Positions 10,648 to 23,088 of a stretch of 64,000 bases of DNA are shown piece after piece. The notes beneath the pieces are model-generated. The model was given only the letters and a program-made list of their open reading frames with translations, was not told the origin of the DNA and searched no databases. The stretch covers positions 96,001-160,000 of the forward strand of contig CAWJSR010000023.1 of the NCBI GenBank assembly GCA_963845515.1, in the 5' to 3' direction. The translations under genes and the position numbers were made by a program. Numbering within the stretch: position 1 is the stretch's first letter; each line of letters starts with the position of its first letter. Source of the DNA: an uncultured delta proteobacterium (GTDB lineage: Bacteria > Myxococcota > Myxococcia > Myxococcales > Anaeromyxobacteraceae).

Positions 10648-13152
10648 ATGGCTCTTCTCCTGCGGCTCCTGCGTGACATCGGCCTCGCGTTCCTCGGCTC
10701 CGCCCTCCTCGGCTGGTACGTCACCCGCGGCGTGAACCCGCTCGGCAGCGAGCAGGTCTCCTCGCTCCGCTCCGCGTTCACCTGGGTGGCCGCCCTCGAG
10801 TACGCGGTGGCGGCAGGCGCGGCCTTGCTCTACACGCGCGCCTTCCGGCGGGCGCTCGCCCGCGCCGCCGCCCTCACCCGCGAGGAGGCGGTGTACGCGG
10901 CCATCTCGGCGCATCGCCTGCCGATCCGGATGGGGCTGACCGTGCTCTTCGTGGCGACCGCGGGGATCCTCCTCGTGTCGTCGCCCGCGCTGCAGACCGG
11001 TGACGCGCCGGATCTGGCGTGGGCCGGGGTCGCGGTCGGCGTCGCCACGGCGCTCCTCGCAGGGATGCTCTCCTACTCGGCGTCGGCGTCGCTGATCGCA
11101 GGCGAGATAGAGGGGCTCGGCCCAGGCGCCGAGACGGGCCTTCGCGGCAGCGTCCGCGCCAAGATCCTGGTCGCCTGCCTCGGCGTCTTCTTCATCGCGC
11201 TGCTGCTGGTCGGCGCCACGGGCTACACGCGCTACCGCGCCGACATGGATCGCGACCTCGTCGACGCAGCGCTCGGCGCGCAGCAGGGGGCCCTGGCGGC
11301 CGGGGAGGGTGATCCGTCGACGGAGCTCTCCCCCGGCGCGCAGGCGCTCGCGGTCTTCAACGTGAGCCACTTCCCGACCGCGGTCCTGGGGCCGCGCGGC
11401 GAGATCCTCGCGCGCGCCGACTCCCGCGCCGGGCGGATGACGGTCCCGTTCGCGGGCGCCTTCGGCGGCGGGACGATCAAGCGCGTGACGGGCGGCTGGT
11501 TCGTCTCCACGCGCACGCCCGGCGGCCGCACCCTCGTCTCGATGCTCGACGAGGCGCTGCTCGTGCGGCGCAGGCGCGAGTTCGTGGTCGGCATGGCGGG
11601 GATCGGCCTCGCGGTCTTCCTGGCCGCCGGGCTCCTGGCCTGGTACGCCGCCCGCGCGATCACCAACCCGTTCCGCACGCTCGGGCGCGCAGCCGACCGG
11701 ATCGCGTCCGGCGACCTCACCGCGAGCCCGCCCAGCCTGACGCGCGACGAGATGGGGATGCTCGCCACCGACTTCCGGCGCATGGCGAGCGGGCTGCGCG
11801 CCCTCCTACGGGACGTCCGCGCCGCGAACGAGGAGGTGGCGCTGGGCGCCCGCGCGACCGCGGGCATCGCGGAGCGGGTGCGCGCGGGCGCGCTCGAGCA
11901 GCACGCCACCGTCGTCGCGGTGGACGGCGCGGTGGAGGCCATGGAGGGCTCGATGGGGCTCGTCACGCGTGGCATCGACTCGCTCCAGTCCTTCGTCGAG
12001 TTGACCACGACCCTGGTGAGCGAGACGGCCTCCGCCTTCGAGGAGGTCCGCCGGAAGGGGACCGACCTGGAGCGAGCGGTCGAGACGACGCTCTCCGACG
12101 TAGGACGGCTCGCCAGCGCGGGGCACGACGCGGAGCTGCAGCTCCAGGAGCTGGAGTCGCTCGCGACCGACGCCGGGAACAGCCTGTCCGCCGTCCGGAC
12201 GTCGGCGACCACGGTGGAGAAGACCGCCGGCGAGGGGGAGTCGAACGCCGAGGCGGTCGCGCAGATGTCGGAGCGCGCCGGCGGCGTGGTCCTGGAGACC
12301 GTCCACGGCATCGAGACCCTGCGAGCCGCCGTCGGCGACGCCCACCGGCGCATCAGCGTGCTCGGCCGCCGCTCGGACGACATCGAGCAGGTGGTCGACT
12401 TCATCGCCGAGGTCGCCGGCCGCACCAACCTGCTCTCGCTCAACGCCTCGATCATAGCCTCGCAGGCGGGGGAGCACGGCAAGGCGTTCGCCGTGGTCGC
12501 CGACCAGATCCGCGAGCTCGCCGCGCAGATCTCGCGCTCGACCAAGTCGATCGGCGACATCGTCCACTCGGTGCGCGAGGAGGTGGAGGCTACGACCGCC
12601 CTCATCGACCGCGGCGACGCGCTGGCGGGCGAGGGGGTCCAGCTCGCGCGCAACTCCTACGAGGCCCTCACGCTCATCCAGCGCTCGACGGCCACCGGCC
12701 GGGAGGCCGCCGGCGGGATGCGCCGCGCGGCCGAGTCGCACGCCAGCGCCACGCGGGACGTTGCCCGGCTGGTCCAGTCGATCGCGGACGGGTCGCGCTC
12801 CGTCACGGTGGCGGTCCAGATGGTCGGGCGCAGCGTCGGGGGCGTCGAGGCGGTGGCGCGTAACGTCGGCGCGATGGCCGACGAGCTCACCCGGGCGCTG
12901 GACGGGAACGTCGGCGGCGCAGGGCGGCAACTCGAGAACGTGGGGAGGCTGGAGGCGCTCATCGCAGACACCACGCGCGCCGCGAAGGAGCACGCCGCCG
13001 CCAACCGCCGCGTACGCGACTCGATGAGGGCGCTCTCGTCCCGCGCAGCGGAGCACGAGGGGGCCGTGGAGGATCTCTTCGCCGTGGCGGAGCAGCTGGG
13101 CCAGGAGGCCCGCGCCCTGCAGGAGCAGATCGCCCGCTTCAGGCTGGGGTGA
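10648..13152 (+). CDS. Methyl-accepting chemotaxis protein with multi-TM N-terminus and HAMP domain
   Basis: RTNLLSLNASIIASQAGEHGKAFAVVADQIRELA signalling hairpin; HAMP (RDEMG); several TM helices. Confidence 0.9.
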   Translation: MALLLRLLRDIGLAFLGSALLGWYVTRGVNPLGSEQVSSLRSAFTWVAALEYAVAAGAALLYTRAFRRALARAAALTREEAVYAAISAHRLPIRMGLTVLFVATAGILLVSSPALQTGDAPDLAWAGVAVGVATALLAGMLSYSASASLIAGEIEGLGPGAETGLRGSVRAKILVACLGVFFIALLLVGATGYTRYRADMDRDLVDAALGAQQGALAAGEGDPSTELSPGAQALAVFNVSHFPTAVLGPRGEILARADSRAGRMTVPFAGAFGGGTIKRVTGGWFVSTRTPGGRTLVSMLDEALLVRRRREFVVGMAGIGLAVFLAAGLLAWYAARAITNPFRTLGRAADRIASGDLTASPPSLTRDEMGMLATDFRRMASGLRALLRDVRAANEEVALGARATAGIAERVRAGALEQHATVVAVDGAVEAMEGSMGLVTRGIDSLQSFVELTTTLVSETASAFEEVRRKGTDLERAVETTLSDVGRLASAGHDAELQLQELESLATDAGNSLSAVRTSATTVEKTAGEGESNAEAVAQMSERAGGVVLETVHGIETLRAAVGDAHRRISVLGRRSDDIEQVVDFIAEVAGRTNLLSLNASIIASQAGEHGKAFAVVADQIRELAAQISRSTKSIGDIVHSVREEVEATTALIDRGDALAGEGVQLARNSYEALTLIQRSTATGREAAGGMRRAAESHASATRDVARLVQSIADGSRSVTVAVQMVGRSVGGVEAVARNVGAMADELTRALDGNVGGAGRQLENVGRLEALIADTTRAAKEHAAANRRVRDSMRALSSRAAEHEGAVEDLFAVAEQLGQEARALQEQIARFRLG

Positions 13153-14314
13153 TCAGTCCTCGGGCGTCTGCTGCTGCCGCCTCATCCTCGGCGGCCGGCC
13201 GGCCGGGAAGAGCGGGTCTGGCGCCCGCCTGGCGGGCCGGACCTCTCGAACGCCCTGGGGCCGGGCGGCGCGGACGCGTCGGGCTCGGGCCGGGAGGCCC
13301 CCCTGGCACGTTGGGCGGCTGCGGAGCGGTGGGTCCCGGGAACGCGGGCATCCGCTGCATGCCGGGTCCCACGCCGCCGCCGGCCGCGATCGGGCGCGCC
13401 TGCGGGCTCCCGAGGCTGCCGTAGAGCTGGAGCGCGTAGAAGCCGTCCTTTCCGCGCGCGCCCTTCAGGGCGAGGTCGAGCAGCGCCTTGAACGAGGCGT
13501 TGCCCGGGCGATCGAGGAAGGCGTCGGAGATCCTGACGCCGATCTTCCCGTAGATCGGAGAGGTCGCGAGCCGTCCCTGCGGCACGAAGTAGAGCCCGTC
13601 CGAGTTGAGCTCGGCCTCCCCGTTGCGCGCCTCGAGCTTGTCGAAGGTCCCCTTCCCGCCGGCGAGCACGACGTCGGCGGCCAGCCCGCCGAGGCCGACG
13701 CGCGGGATGTTGAGCGGGGTGCTCATGCCCGGGAGCGGGAGCTGTCCGCCGTTCACGCCGGCCTCCGCCACGGCGAGCTCGACGCGTCCGCTCGGCTTGG
13801 CGTTGGGCTCTCCGGGGAGCGTCACGTCGACGCTGCCGGAGAGGAGTCCGAGCAGCTCCAGCCGGAGCGCCTGGCGCAGCGGCGCGGCGCGAGCGAGGTC
13901 GAGCCCCGCGATCGCCGCGACGATCCGTCGATCGCCGGCCCCGACGTCCGCCGTCCCCTCGATCGTGCCGTCCCAGACCTTCACGTCGAACGACACGCTC
14001 TTGCGGCCGACGAGGAGCGGCAGCAGCCGGAAGGAGACCGAGACCTCCTCGAGCGACACGCGCAGCCCGCCGCGATCCTCCAGGACCACGTCGGTGGCGC
14101 GCATCCCGACGATCCCTGCTGGCCCCACCTCGGCCGAGTCCACCTGCCAGCCGCGGGCGCTCGCCTCGAGGATGAGCCGCTCCTTCAGCGCCTCCACGGG
14201 GAACGTCTGGCGGAAGGCGAGCACGAACGCCAGGGCGAAGAAGGCGGCGTACGCGAGCCGCGGCCTCCAGACCTTCCAGTCGATCTGCCGGAGACGAGAG
14301 AGGGAGAGTTTCAC
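13139..14314 (-). CDS. gspN: Type II secretion protein GspN (Pro-rich tail, possibly frameshifted)
   Basis: Last gene of the gsp operon; N-terminal TM followed by TFP and a beta-rich body. Confidence 0.8.
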   Translation of the reverse strand: MKLSLSRLRQIDWKVWRPRLAYAAFFALAFVLAFRQTFPVEALKERLILEASARGWQVDSAEVGPAGIVGMRATDVVLEDRGGLRVSLEEVSVSFRLLPLLVGRKSVSFDVKVWDGTIEGTADVGAGDRRIVAAIAGLDLARAAPLRQALRLELLGLLSGSVDVTLPGEPNAKPSGRVELAVAEAGVNGGQLPLPGMSTPLNIPRVGLGGLAADVVLAGGKGTFDKLEARNGEAELNSDGLYFVPQGRLATSPIYGKIGVRISDAFLDRPGNASFKALLDLALKGARGKDGFYALQLYGSLGSPQARPIAAGGGVGPGMQRMPAFPGPTAPQPPNVPGGPPGPSPTRPRRPAPGRSRGPARQAGARPALPGRPAAEDEAAAADARGLITPA

Positions 14315-14316
14315 GT

Positions 14317-14907
14317 TCAGCCCTTGAGCTGGAAGTTGGAGACGACGACCGTCGCGTCGACCACCTTGGGGTCGTCGGACCGCGTGGCGAGCCTGACGCG
14401 GCGGACGCGGACCACCCCCTGGCCGCCCTCGAGCGCCTGGAGGAAGCGGCCGAGCTTCGCGGGATCTATGCGCGGGAGGCTGACCTCCACGCTCTCGGCC
14501 ACGATCCCGTCCGTCTCCTCGGGGGCGCCGGACGGGCGGAGGTCGCCCACCTCTATGCCGAGCGTCTGCCCCGTCTGGGAGACGTGCGTCATGATCGGGA
14601 TCGGCGGCGCCTTCAGCCGCGCCTCCAGGGCGTGGCGCTCCGCCTGGGCGCGGCGGTAGCCCTCTGCGAGCTGCGCCACCTGGGAGAGGACCCGCGTCTT
14701 CTCCTCGATGCGGCGCTGGCTCGCGGTGGTGGCCATCGAGATGCGCGTCACGACCATGAGGATGACGAAGGCGATCACCGCCGCGGTCGCGCCGGAGACC
14801 AGGATGCGCTCACGTGGCGAGAGCCGGTTGAACCACGCCTCGAGCTGGGCGCGGAGCCTGCCGAGCCAGGCGCCTGCGTCGGCGCGGAGCTTTCGGAGCG
14901 TCTCCAT
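14317..14907 (-). CDS. gspM: Type II secretion protein GspM
   Basis: LSPRER motif, TM, coiled coil; position after gspL. Confidence 0.85.
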   Translation of the reverse strand: METLRKLRADAGAWLGRLRAQLEAWFNRLSPRERILVSGATAAVIAFVILMVVTRISMATTASQRRIEEKTRVLSQVAQLAEGYRRAQAERHALEARLKAPPIPIMTHVSQTGQTLGIEVGDLRPSGAPEETDGIVAESVEVSLPRIDPAKLGRFLQALEGGQGVVRVRRVRLATRSDDPKVVDATVVVSNFQLKG

Positions 14908-16536
14908 CACGGCTTCCTCCCGGGCTCCACGGCCCCCTCGACGCAGGTGAGCGAGGCGTCGGCAGAGAACTCGAACTTCGCCTCGGTGCCGCGCCGGCGG
15001 GCGCCGCCCGACCTGGCGTCGCCGAAGCAGCGGGAGCCGCGCAGCGCGCCGACCAGCTTGTCCACGTTCTCCGCCGCCTCGGTGGTGCCCTGCACGTGCA
15101 GCTTGTCGCGCGTGATCTCCACGCGGTCGAACCGCATCGGCACGCCGTCCGGCAGCCTGGCCGTCAGCTCCGCCAGCACCTCGACGGCGGTGACCTTCGG
15201 GATCGCGGCGGTGGGCGTGCCGCGGCCACGGAGCGTCTGGACCGCGATCTCGTAGTTGTCGATGCACTTGCCGAGGATCTTCTGCTCCGCCTCGCAGAGC
15301 GCCTTGTCGAGCGCGTCCTCCTGGCGGGTGAGCGCCCAGGCCTGCACGCCCGCGCCGACGATCGCCAGGATCACCACCAGCAGCGCCTGGACCCCGAGCC
15401 GCACCAGGCGGCCCTTGAGGTGCTCGAAGTCGCGCGTGTAGGCGAGGTCGCCGCGACGCAGGTTGAGCCGCGGCGAGCGGCCGCCGAGCCGCAGGGCGAG
15501 CGAGAGCGCCAGCGCGAAGGCCGGGCACCTCCCGCGCCGGGATCCCCTCCGCAGTGGGGCCGGTGAGGGCGAGGGGCGAGATGGGCCCCTCGACCTCGGG
15601 ACCGAGCAGCTCCGGGAGGCCGGGGAGGCGCCCCAGGCCACCGGCGAGCAGGAGCGCCGCGACCGGGCGCGCCGGCCCGCGGGCGCGCCAGGCGCGGAGC
15701 GTGGCCCGCAGCTCGCGAACCAGCGGCGCCAGCGCCCGCCGCAGCGCCTCCGCGGCGCGCGGCTCGGTCGAGAGGGAGAGGAGGGGCTCCGGGGGCGCGA
15801 CGCCGTCCAGCTCGGACGCGAGCAGCAGCGCAGCGTCCGGCTCCGGGATCGCCAGGTCGCGGGCGAGCGACCGGACCACGTGCGCGCTGCCGAACGCGAA
15901 GCTGCGGGCGGCCTCGCAGGTGCCGTCCGCGACGACGCAGACGTTCGTCCGCTCCTGTCCGACGTCCAGGATCGCGGTCGCCGGGACGGGGACCGCGAGG
16001 GTCGGGGCTGGCTCTGCGGCCAGCAGGTCGTGGCCCAGGAGGGAGGCGTACGCTGGCGCCGCCGGGATGACGACGCGCGGGTCGATCCCCGCCGACGCGA
16101 GGGAGGCGAGCAGCCCCGAGAGCTCCTCCTTGCGGACCACGCCGACGTAGAGCTCCGACTTCCCGTCGCGCGCGGTCATCGGCTGCCAGTCCCAGGCGAC
16201 CTCGGTCAGCTCGAACGGGATCTGCCCCTCGATCTCGAACGCGATGGTCTGCTCGATCCGGCGCGGATCGGTGAAGGGGAGGGTGACGACGTGGGAGGCG
16301 GCGGCGGCCCCGGGGACGGCGGCCGCCACTGTGTCCGGCGTCCAGCCTCTCGCGGCCAGCAGGTCGCGGACCGCGGCGGCCTGCCGGTCGCGCAGCGAGC
16401 GCTCCTGGCCCTCGAGCGTGGGCGGGACGGGGACGCTGGCGGCGCCGGTGACGGTCCACCCGCGAAGCGTGCTCTCGACGAGCACCGCCTTGACGGAGTG
16501 GGAGCCGAGGTCGAGGCCTAGGATCGTCTGGGCCAT
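14907..16536 (-). CDS. gspL: Type II secretion protein GspL (PilM-like actin fold); apparent frameshift near 15525
   Basis: LGLDLGSHSVK start, QIPF, LAGGLGRL; C-terminal LNLRRG plus TM in another frame. Confidence 0.85.
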
Positions 16537-16540
16537 TCTG

Positions 16541-17716
16541 TCATTCCTCGCGCCAGTGGAGCAGGAGCCCGCCGTCTGGCGCGGGCTGCCCCCTGTTCTG
16601 GCTCGAATCGAAGGAGACCACCGCGTCGACACGCCGCTCGGTCGCGCCTGCAGCGCCGGTCGCGCGGATCCGGTAGACGAGCGAGCGGTCGGTGAAGGGG
16701 CTGTCGGCGCCACTCAGCGCGGCAGCTCCCACGGTGACGCCGAGCGGCGGGAGCAGCTCCGCGAAGTCCTTTGGGGCGATCGTGACGATCCCGCCGAGCC
16801 GCCTCTCGACCACCGCCTTCCTCAGCTTCCCCGGGAAGGCGAGGTCCGTGAGCGCCGGCTGCCCCGGGGGGTCCGCCATCACGCGGGCGATCAGGAGCAG
16901 CTCCTTCTCGTCGAGCGTGTTGACGTTGATGCGGCCGGACAGGTGCGTGTAGACGGTGAGGTGGCCGCCGAAGGCGGCCATGAAGGCGTCGTCGATCCCG
17001 GCCACGAGGTAGAGCTCGTCGAGCGAGTCGAAGCGCGCGTTCTTCGGCTCGTACCGGTCTTCGCCCCGCGAGTACGGTTGGCTCTCGTCGCCGAAGCCGT
17101 CGGCGAACGGCGGGTTGAGCGCGGCGGAGAAGGCCGAGCCAGTGGCGTTGTCGTCGGTCCAGTCGCGCAGGTAGACGGCGAGGTCGGTGCGGGTGACCTT
17201 GAGGCCGTTCGCGTCCTCGCGATCGAAGAGCGCGTCCCAGCGTTGGTCGCCGACGAGCTCGAGCAGCGCCTTCACCTCCGCGCCCAGGAGGTTGCCGCCC
17301 GCGAAGGCCTGGTCGAACTGGACGTTCACCTTGGTCCCCTCGTCCTCGATCCTGGCCTCGAACGTCGCGGGCGACCCGCCGCCGTCTTCGCCGGCGCCGA
17401 AGATGCCGGTGGTGAGGGCGCTCGTGACCGGTACGAGGCTCCAGACCTGGACCTTCAGCCCGCCGGCGGGCGCGTCGTCCAGCTGCTTCTGGAACTGCAG
17501 GACGAGGCGCGCGAGCTGCGTCGCGCCGCGCGCGAGGTACTCGGCCCTCAGCTCGTCGCGCGAGTTGGCCGCCGTGAGGAGCGACACGCGCGTGTTGTAG
17601 GCGAGATCCACCGCGATGGCCGTGAGGATGGCGATCGAGACGATGACGACCAGCAGCGCTGCGCCGGGATCGCGGCGGCGGGAGGCGTGGCGCGTGCATG
17701 CGAGCGGGGTGGCCAC
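16541..17716 (-). CDS. gspK: Type II secretion minor pseudopilin GspK
   Basis: G|AALLVV N-terminus, IEDEGTKVNV, KNARFDSLDEL, INVNT. Confidence 0.9.
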   Translation of the reverse strand: MATPLACTRHASRRRDPGAALLVVIVSIAILTAIAVDLAYNTRVSLLTAANSRDELRAEYLARGATQLARLVLQFQKQLDDAPAGGLKVQVWSLVPVTSALTTGIFGAGEDGGGSPATFEARIEDEGTKVNVQFDQAFAGGNLLGAEVKALLELVGDQRWDALFDREDANGLKVTRTDLAVYLRDWTDDNATGSAFSAALNPPFADGFGDESQPYSRGEDRYEPKNARFDSLDELYLVAGIDDAFMAAFGGHLTVYTHLSGRINVNTLDEKELLLIARVMADPPGQPALTDLAFPGKLRKAVVERRLGGIVTIAPKDFAELLPPLGVTVGAAALSGADSPFTDRSLVYRIRATGAAGATERRVDAVVSFDSSQNRGQPAPDGGLLLHWREE

Positions 17717-17718
17717 GA

Positions 17719-18369
17719 TCAGAACTCCAGGGGGCGGGTGATGGCGATCCGGGCAGCCGAGGAGAGCCGCTCGAGCCGCCCGTCGGCGAGCGAGAGCTCC
17801 ATCTCGGCGCGGACCAGGGTGGGGAGCTCGTTGGCGCGCTCCACGCGGGAGGTGTCCCACTCCCGCACCCACTCCTTCTTCTTCGCGTCCCAGTACGAGA
17901 GCGTGAGCCGCTTCACGCCGCGGGCCACGACGTCCCGCCGGCCGTCGCGGTCCGGGTCGCCGTCGATCCCGAGCTTCTCGCGCCGGAAGAGCGCCTCGCC
18001 GTCGCGGCTCTCGGGATCGTCGTCGACCGAGTACTCGACGACCGCCTGGTCCGACTCCTTCGCGCCCCGGAAGAGCCGGACGTGGGCCATGGTGGTGAAG
18101 AGGACGCCGTCCTCGCGCCCGCGGAAGAGGGTCGGGCGCCCGTCGGCGAAGCGGCCCCGGTAGTAGTGGTCGCTGACGAAGGCCGTCGCGAGCTCGCTGG
18201 AGAGCCGGGTGAGCGCACGGCGCGCCTCGCCGTAACGCTCGTCCTGTGCCCGCGTCACCTCGGAGGCGTGGTCGACCTGGGTGATCGCGCCGGCGACCAT
18301 CGCCCCCATGACGGCCGTGATGGCCATGGCGATCATCACCTCGATGAGCGTGAGCCCGCGCGCCGTCAC
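17719..18369 (-). CDS. gspJ: Minor pseudopilin GspJ
   Basis: G|LTLIEV prepilin motif; WD...ELP C-terminus; operon position. Confidence 0.88.
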   Translation of the reverse strand: MTARGLTLIEVMIAMAITAVMGAMVAGAITQVDHASEVTRAQDERYGEARRALTRLSSELATAFVSDHYYRGRFADGRPTLFRGREDGVLFTTMAHVRLFRGAKESDQAVVEYSVDDDPESRDGEALFRREKLGIDGDPDRDGRRDVVARGVKRLTLSYWDAKKKEWVREWDTSRVERANELPTLVRAEMELSLADGRLERLSSAARIAITRPLEF

Positions 18370-19007
18370 TGCGTGACCCCCGTGCCGGTGGGCTTGATGA
18401 CGACGAGGTGGGTGGTGACCGTGAAGGACTCGTCGCGCGCCCCCTCCTTCCACGAGACCGTGAGTCGCAGCTCACGGACACCCTGCTTCACGGACTGCGC
18501 CAGGACGTTGAGCTGCTGCTCGACGATCGCCGCCATGCCCTCGGCCAGCGGGTTCACCTGCTGGCGCCCGTCCGCGTCGGCCTTGGGCGCGAGGAAGTCC
18601 TGGATGCTGCCGCCGCCGAGCAGGATCCCGGCGAGCGCCTTCCCGTCGAGCGTCCCCTGGGGCTCGATCGCCTTCGCGCGCCACTTGAACTCGGGGTGCC
18701 CCTCGTCCTCGAAGGTGCCGTCCTCCTCGTCGCCGCCGAGGGAGAACCCCTCCCGCTCGTACTTCTCGGTCAGCTCGGCCATCTTGCCGCGCGCGAGCAG
18801 CGTCGCGACCTCGAGGTCGCGGGCCAGCACCTGGCTGCGGAGAGACCCCGAGACGATGTCGCTCACCGAGAGGAGCGCGAACGCGAGGATGGCGATCGCC
18901 ACCATCACCTCGAGCAGCGTGAAGGCGGGGCTGCGACGCGCCTCCGAGGGCGTCGCCCGAGGCGCGGGACGCGAGCCGAGCGCAGCGAGAGCGAAGAGCC
19001 GGCTCAT
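18366..19007 (-). CDS. gspI: Minor pseudopilin GspI with extended leader
   Basis: A|FTLLEV prepilin motif; operon position. Confidence 0.85.
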   Translation of the reverse strand: MSRLFALAALGSRPAPRATPSEARRSPAFTLLEVMVAIAILAFALLSVSDIVSGSLRSQVLARDLEVATLLARGKMAELTEKYEREGFSLGGDEEDGTFEDEGHPEFKWRAKAIEPQGTLDGKALAGILLGGGSIQDFLAPKADADGRQQVNPLAEGMAAIVEQQLNVLAQSVKQGVRELRLTVSWKEGARDESFTVTTHLVVIKPTGTGVTQ

Positions 19008-19597
19008 TCGTCGCGCCCCTCGGGCTCGCCCGCGCTCACTCGCGCCCGGCCGGTGAAGGGCTCGAGCCGCACGGTGAAGACGTGGTCGCCGTCGGCGAGC
19101 GTCACGCGCGCCGCCTGCGCGCGGCCGCCCGGGAAGAAGTGGACGTAGGCCGGCGCCCCTTCGAGCGGCGCGTCGCGGCCGTCGATCCGGATCGCCTTGA
19201 AGATCGTGTCGCCGGGCAGCTCGCGCTTGCGGACGATCGGATCCTCGAAGGCGGCGAAGCCGTTGGCCCCCGCGCCCGTCGCGGACGCATCCGGCTCGTC
19301 CGGGGCCTTCGCCTTCTCCGGGTCGCGCTCGATCGTCGTGCGGCCCGGCGTGCACTCCGCCCAGAAGCTCCGCTCCGCAGGCGAGAGGACCAGCCGGCAG
19401 GTGGCGTGCCGGACCGAGGCGCTGTCGAAGAGCCAGCGCATCGACCCCGAGACCTCACCCGCCGCCTTGCGCGCGTCTGCGCCGGTGATCCCGCCCAGCG
19501 CCGGGCCGGCCGCGGCGGCCAGCAGGCCGATGATCGTCATCACGATCATCAGCTCGATGAGCGTGAAGCCGGCGCGGTGCTGGAGGGGACGGGCCAT
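19004..19597 (-). CDS. gspH: Minor pseudopilin GspH
   Basis: G|FTLIEL motif; FFPGG...FTGR tail. Confidence 0.85.
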   Translation of the reverse strand: MARPLQHRAGFTLIELMIVMTIIGLLAAAAGPALGGITGADARKAAGEVSGSMRWLFDSASVRHATCRLVLSPAERSFWAECTPGRTTIERDPEKAKAPDEPDASATGAGANGFAAFEDPIVRKRELPGDTIFKAIRIDGRDAPLEGAPAYVHFFPGGRAQAARVTLADGDHVFTVRLEPFTGRARVSAGEPEGRDE

Positions 19598-19604
19598 CGG
19601 GAGC

Positions 19605-20024
19605 CTAGTAGTTGACGACGTCGGCGTTCTCGCCCTCGCCGCCGGGCGCGCCGTCGGCGCCGTAGGACTTCACGTCGAAGGCGTCGGGGTGGTCCTGGCC
19701 GGGGTAGAGGTAGACGTAGGGCTTGCCCCAGGGATCCTCGATCTTCCCGCTCTTCGAGTTGGCCTTGAGGAACTTCTCCTTGACCAGCATGTCGAGCCCC
19801 TCGTCGGAGGTCGGGAAGCGGCCGCGCATCACCTTGAAGGCCTCCACCCCCTCGCTGGCGATCCGCTGCACGTCCGCCTTGGCGCGGTCCCCGCGCGCCT
19901 TCTCGCCGGCCCCCACGACGTTGACGGCCACGGCCGTGGCGATGAGGCCGATGATGACGAGCACGACGAGGATCTCGATGAGGGTCATGCCGCGAGGCGC
20001 GGCGCGAAGCGTATGGACTTTCAA
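19605..20024 (-). CDS. gspG: Major pseudopilin GspG
   Basis: G|MTLIEI, DPWGKPYVY, SYGADGAPGGEGENAD; TTG start assumed. Confidence 0.93.
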   Translation of the reverse strand: MKVHTLRAAPRGMTLIEILVVLVIIGLIATAVAVNVVGAGEKARGDRAKADVQRIASEGVEAFKVMRGRFPTSDEGLDMLVKEKFLKANSKSGKIEDPWGKPYVYLYPGQDHPDAFDVKSYGADGAPGGEGENADVVNY

Positions 20025-20026
20025 GG

Positions 20027-21256
20027 TCAGCCTCCTGCGAGGGTGTTGAGCTGAAGGATCGGCATCAGGACCGAGACGACGATGAAGGCGACGACTGCGC
20101 CCATGCAGATGATCATGATCGGCTCGAGGAGCGAGGTGAGGGCGCCGATCGTCGTCTCGACCTGGTCCTCGTAGGCCTTGGCGACGTTGCCGAGCATCTC
20201 CTCGAGCGAGCCGGAGCGCTCGCCGACCGCGACCATGTGGTGGACCAGTGGCGGGAACTCGCCCGAGCGCTTGAGGGGGGCCGCGATCGACTCGCCCTCC
20301 CGGATGGCGTCGCGCGCCTGCTCGATCACCTCGGCGAGCCGCGTGTTGCCGACGATGTTCCGGACGATGTCCATCGCGGTGAGGAGCCCCACGCCGCTCT
20401 TGAGGAGCGTGGAGAGCGTGCGCGCGAAGCGGCCGATGGCGATGATCCGGATGAGCTTGCCGAAGATCGGGATGCGGAGGACGAAGCGGTCCCAGCGCGC
20501 CCGCCCCTCCTTCGTCCCGCGCCAGCGGAAGAAGCCCCAGACGGCCGCGATCATCGCGAGGACGATGGCCCACCACCAGTTCGAGACGAAGCTGGAGATG
20601 GAGATGAGGATCCGCGTGTACCAGGGGAGCGCCACGCGGCTGTCGTCGAAGATCTTCACGATCTTGGGGATGACCACGGCGAAGAGGACGCCGAGGATGA
20701 CCGTGCCGATCATCATCATGAAGGCCGGGTAGGCCATGGTCCCCATGACCTTGGAGCGGAGCCGCGCCTGGCTCTCGGTGAAGTCGGCGAGCCGGATCAG
20801 GACGACGTCCAGCGCGCCCGAGGACTCGCCCGCGCGGACCATGTTCACGTAGAGGGTCGCGAAGACCTTCGGGTGCGCGGCGAGCGCGTCTGCGAGCGCC
20901 GTGCCCTCGTTGACCCGCTGCTTCACGTCGGAGATGACCCGCTTCAGCCGCTCGTGATCGAGCTGCTCGACCAGCGCGCCGAGCGCCTCCACGAGCGGGA
21001 TGCCCGCGCCGATGAGGACGGCGAACTGCCGGGTCATGATGGCGAGGTCGGTCGCGCTCACCCGCCCCAGCAGCACGCGGCGCACCGAGACGTCGCGCGC
21101 CGCCTGCGCCTTCTGCTCCTGGGCACCCAGCACCTCGGTGAGGAAGACGCCGTCCCGCTTGAGCGCGACGCGCAGCGTCTTCGGGCTGTCGGCCTCCATG
21201 AGCCCCTGGACCGTCTTGCCCGCGGCGTCGAGCGCCTTGTACTGGAAGACTGGCAT
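20027..21256 (-). CDS. gspF: Type II secretion inner membrane platform GspF
   Basis: AGESSGALD, GERSGSLEEML, LLEP motifs. Confidence 0.95.
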   Translation of the reverse strand: MPVFQYKALDAAGKTVQGLMEADSPKTLRVALKRDGVFLTEVLGAQEQKAQAARDVSVRRVLLGRVSATDLAIMTRQFAVLIGAGIPLVEALGALVEQLDHERLKRVISDVKQRVNEGTALADALAAHPKVFATLYVNMVRAGESSGALDVVLIRLADFTESQARLRSKVMGTMAYPAFMMMIGTVILGVLFAVVIPKIVKIFDDSRVALPWYTRILISISSFVSNWWWAIVLAMIAAVWGFFRWRGTKEGRARWDRFVLRIPIFGKLIRIIAIGRFARTLSTLLKSGVGLLTAMDIVRNIVGNTRLAEVIEQARDAIREGESIAAPLKRSGEFPPLVHHMVAVGERSGSLEEMLGNVAKAYEDQVETTIGALTSLLEPIMIICMGAVVAFIVVSVLMPILQLNTLAGG

Positions 21257-21262
21257 GGGCTC

Positions 21263-23086
<1,824 letters not shown>

Positions 23087-23088
23087 CG

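Noticed and set aside
11313..11324. TCCGTCGACGGA as another operator copy
   Set aside because: Spacer is 2 nt rather than 4 and it lies inside the MCP coding sequence.
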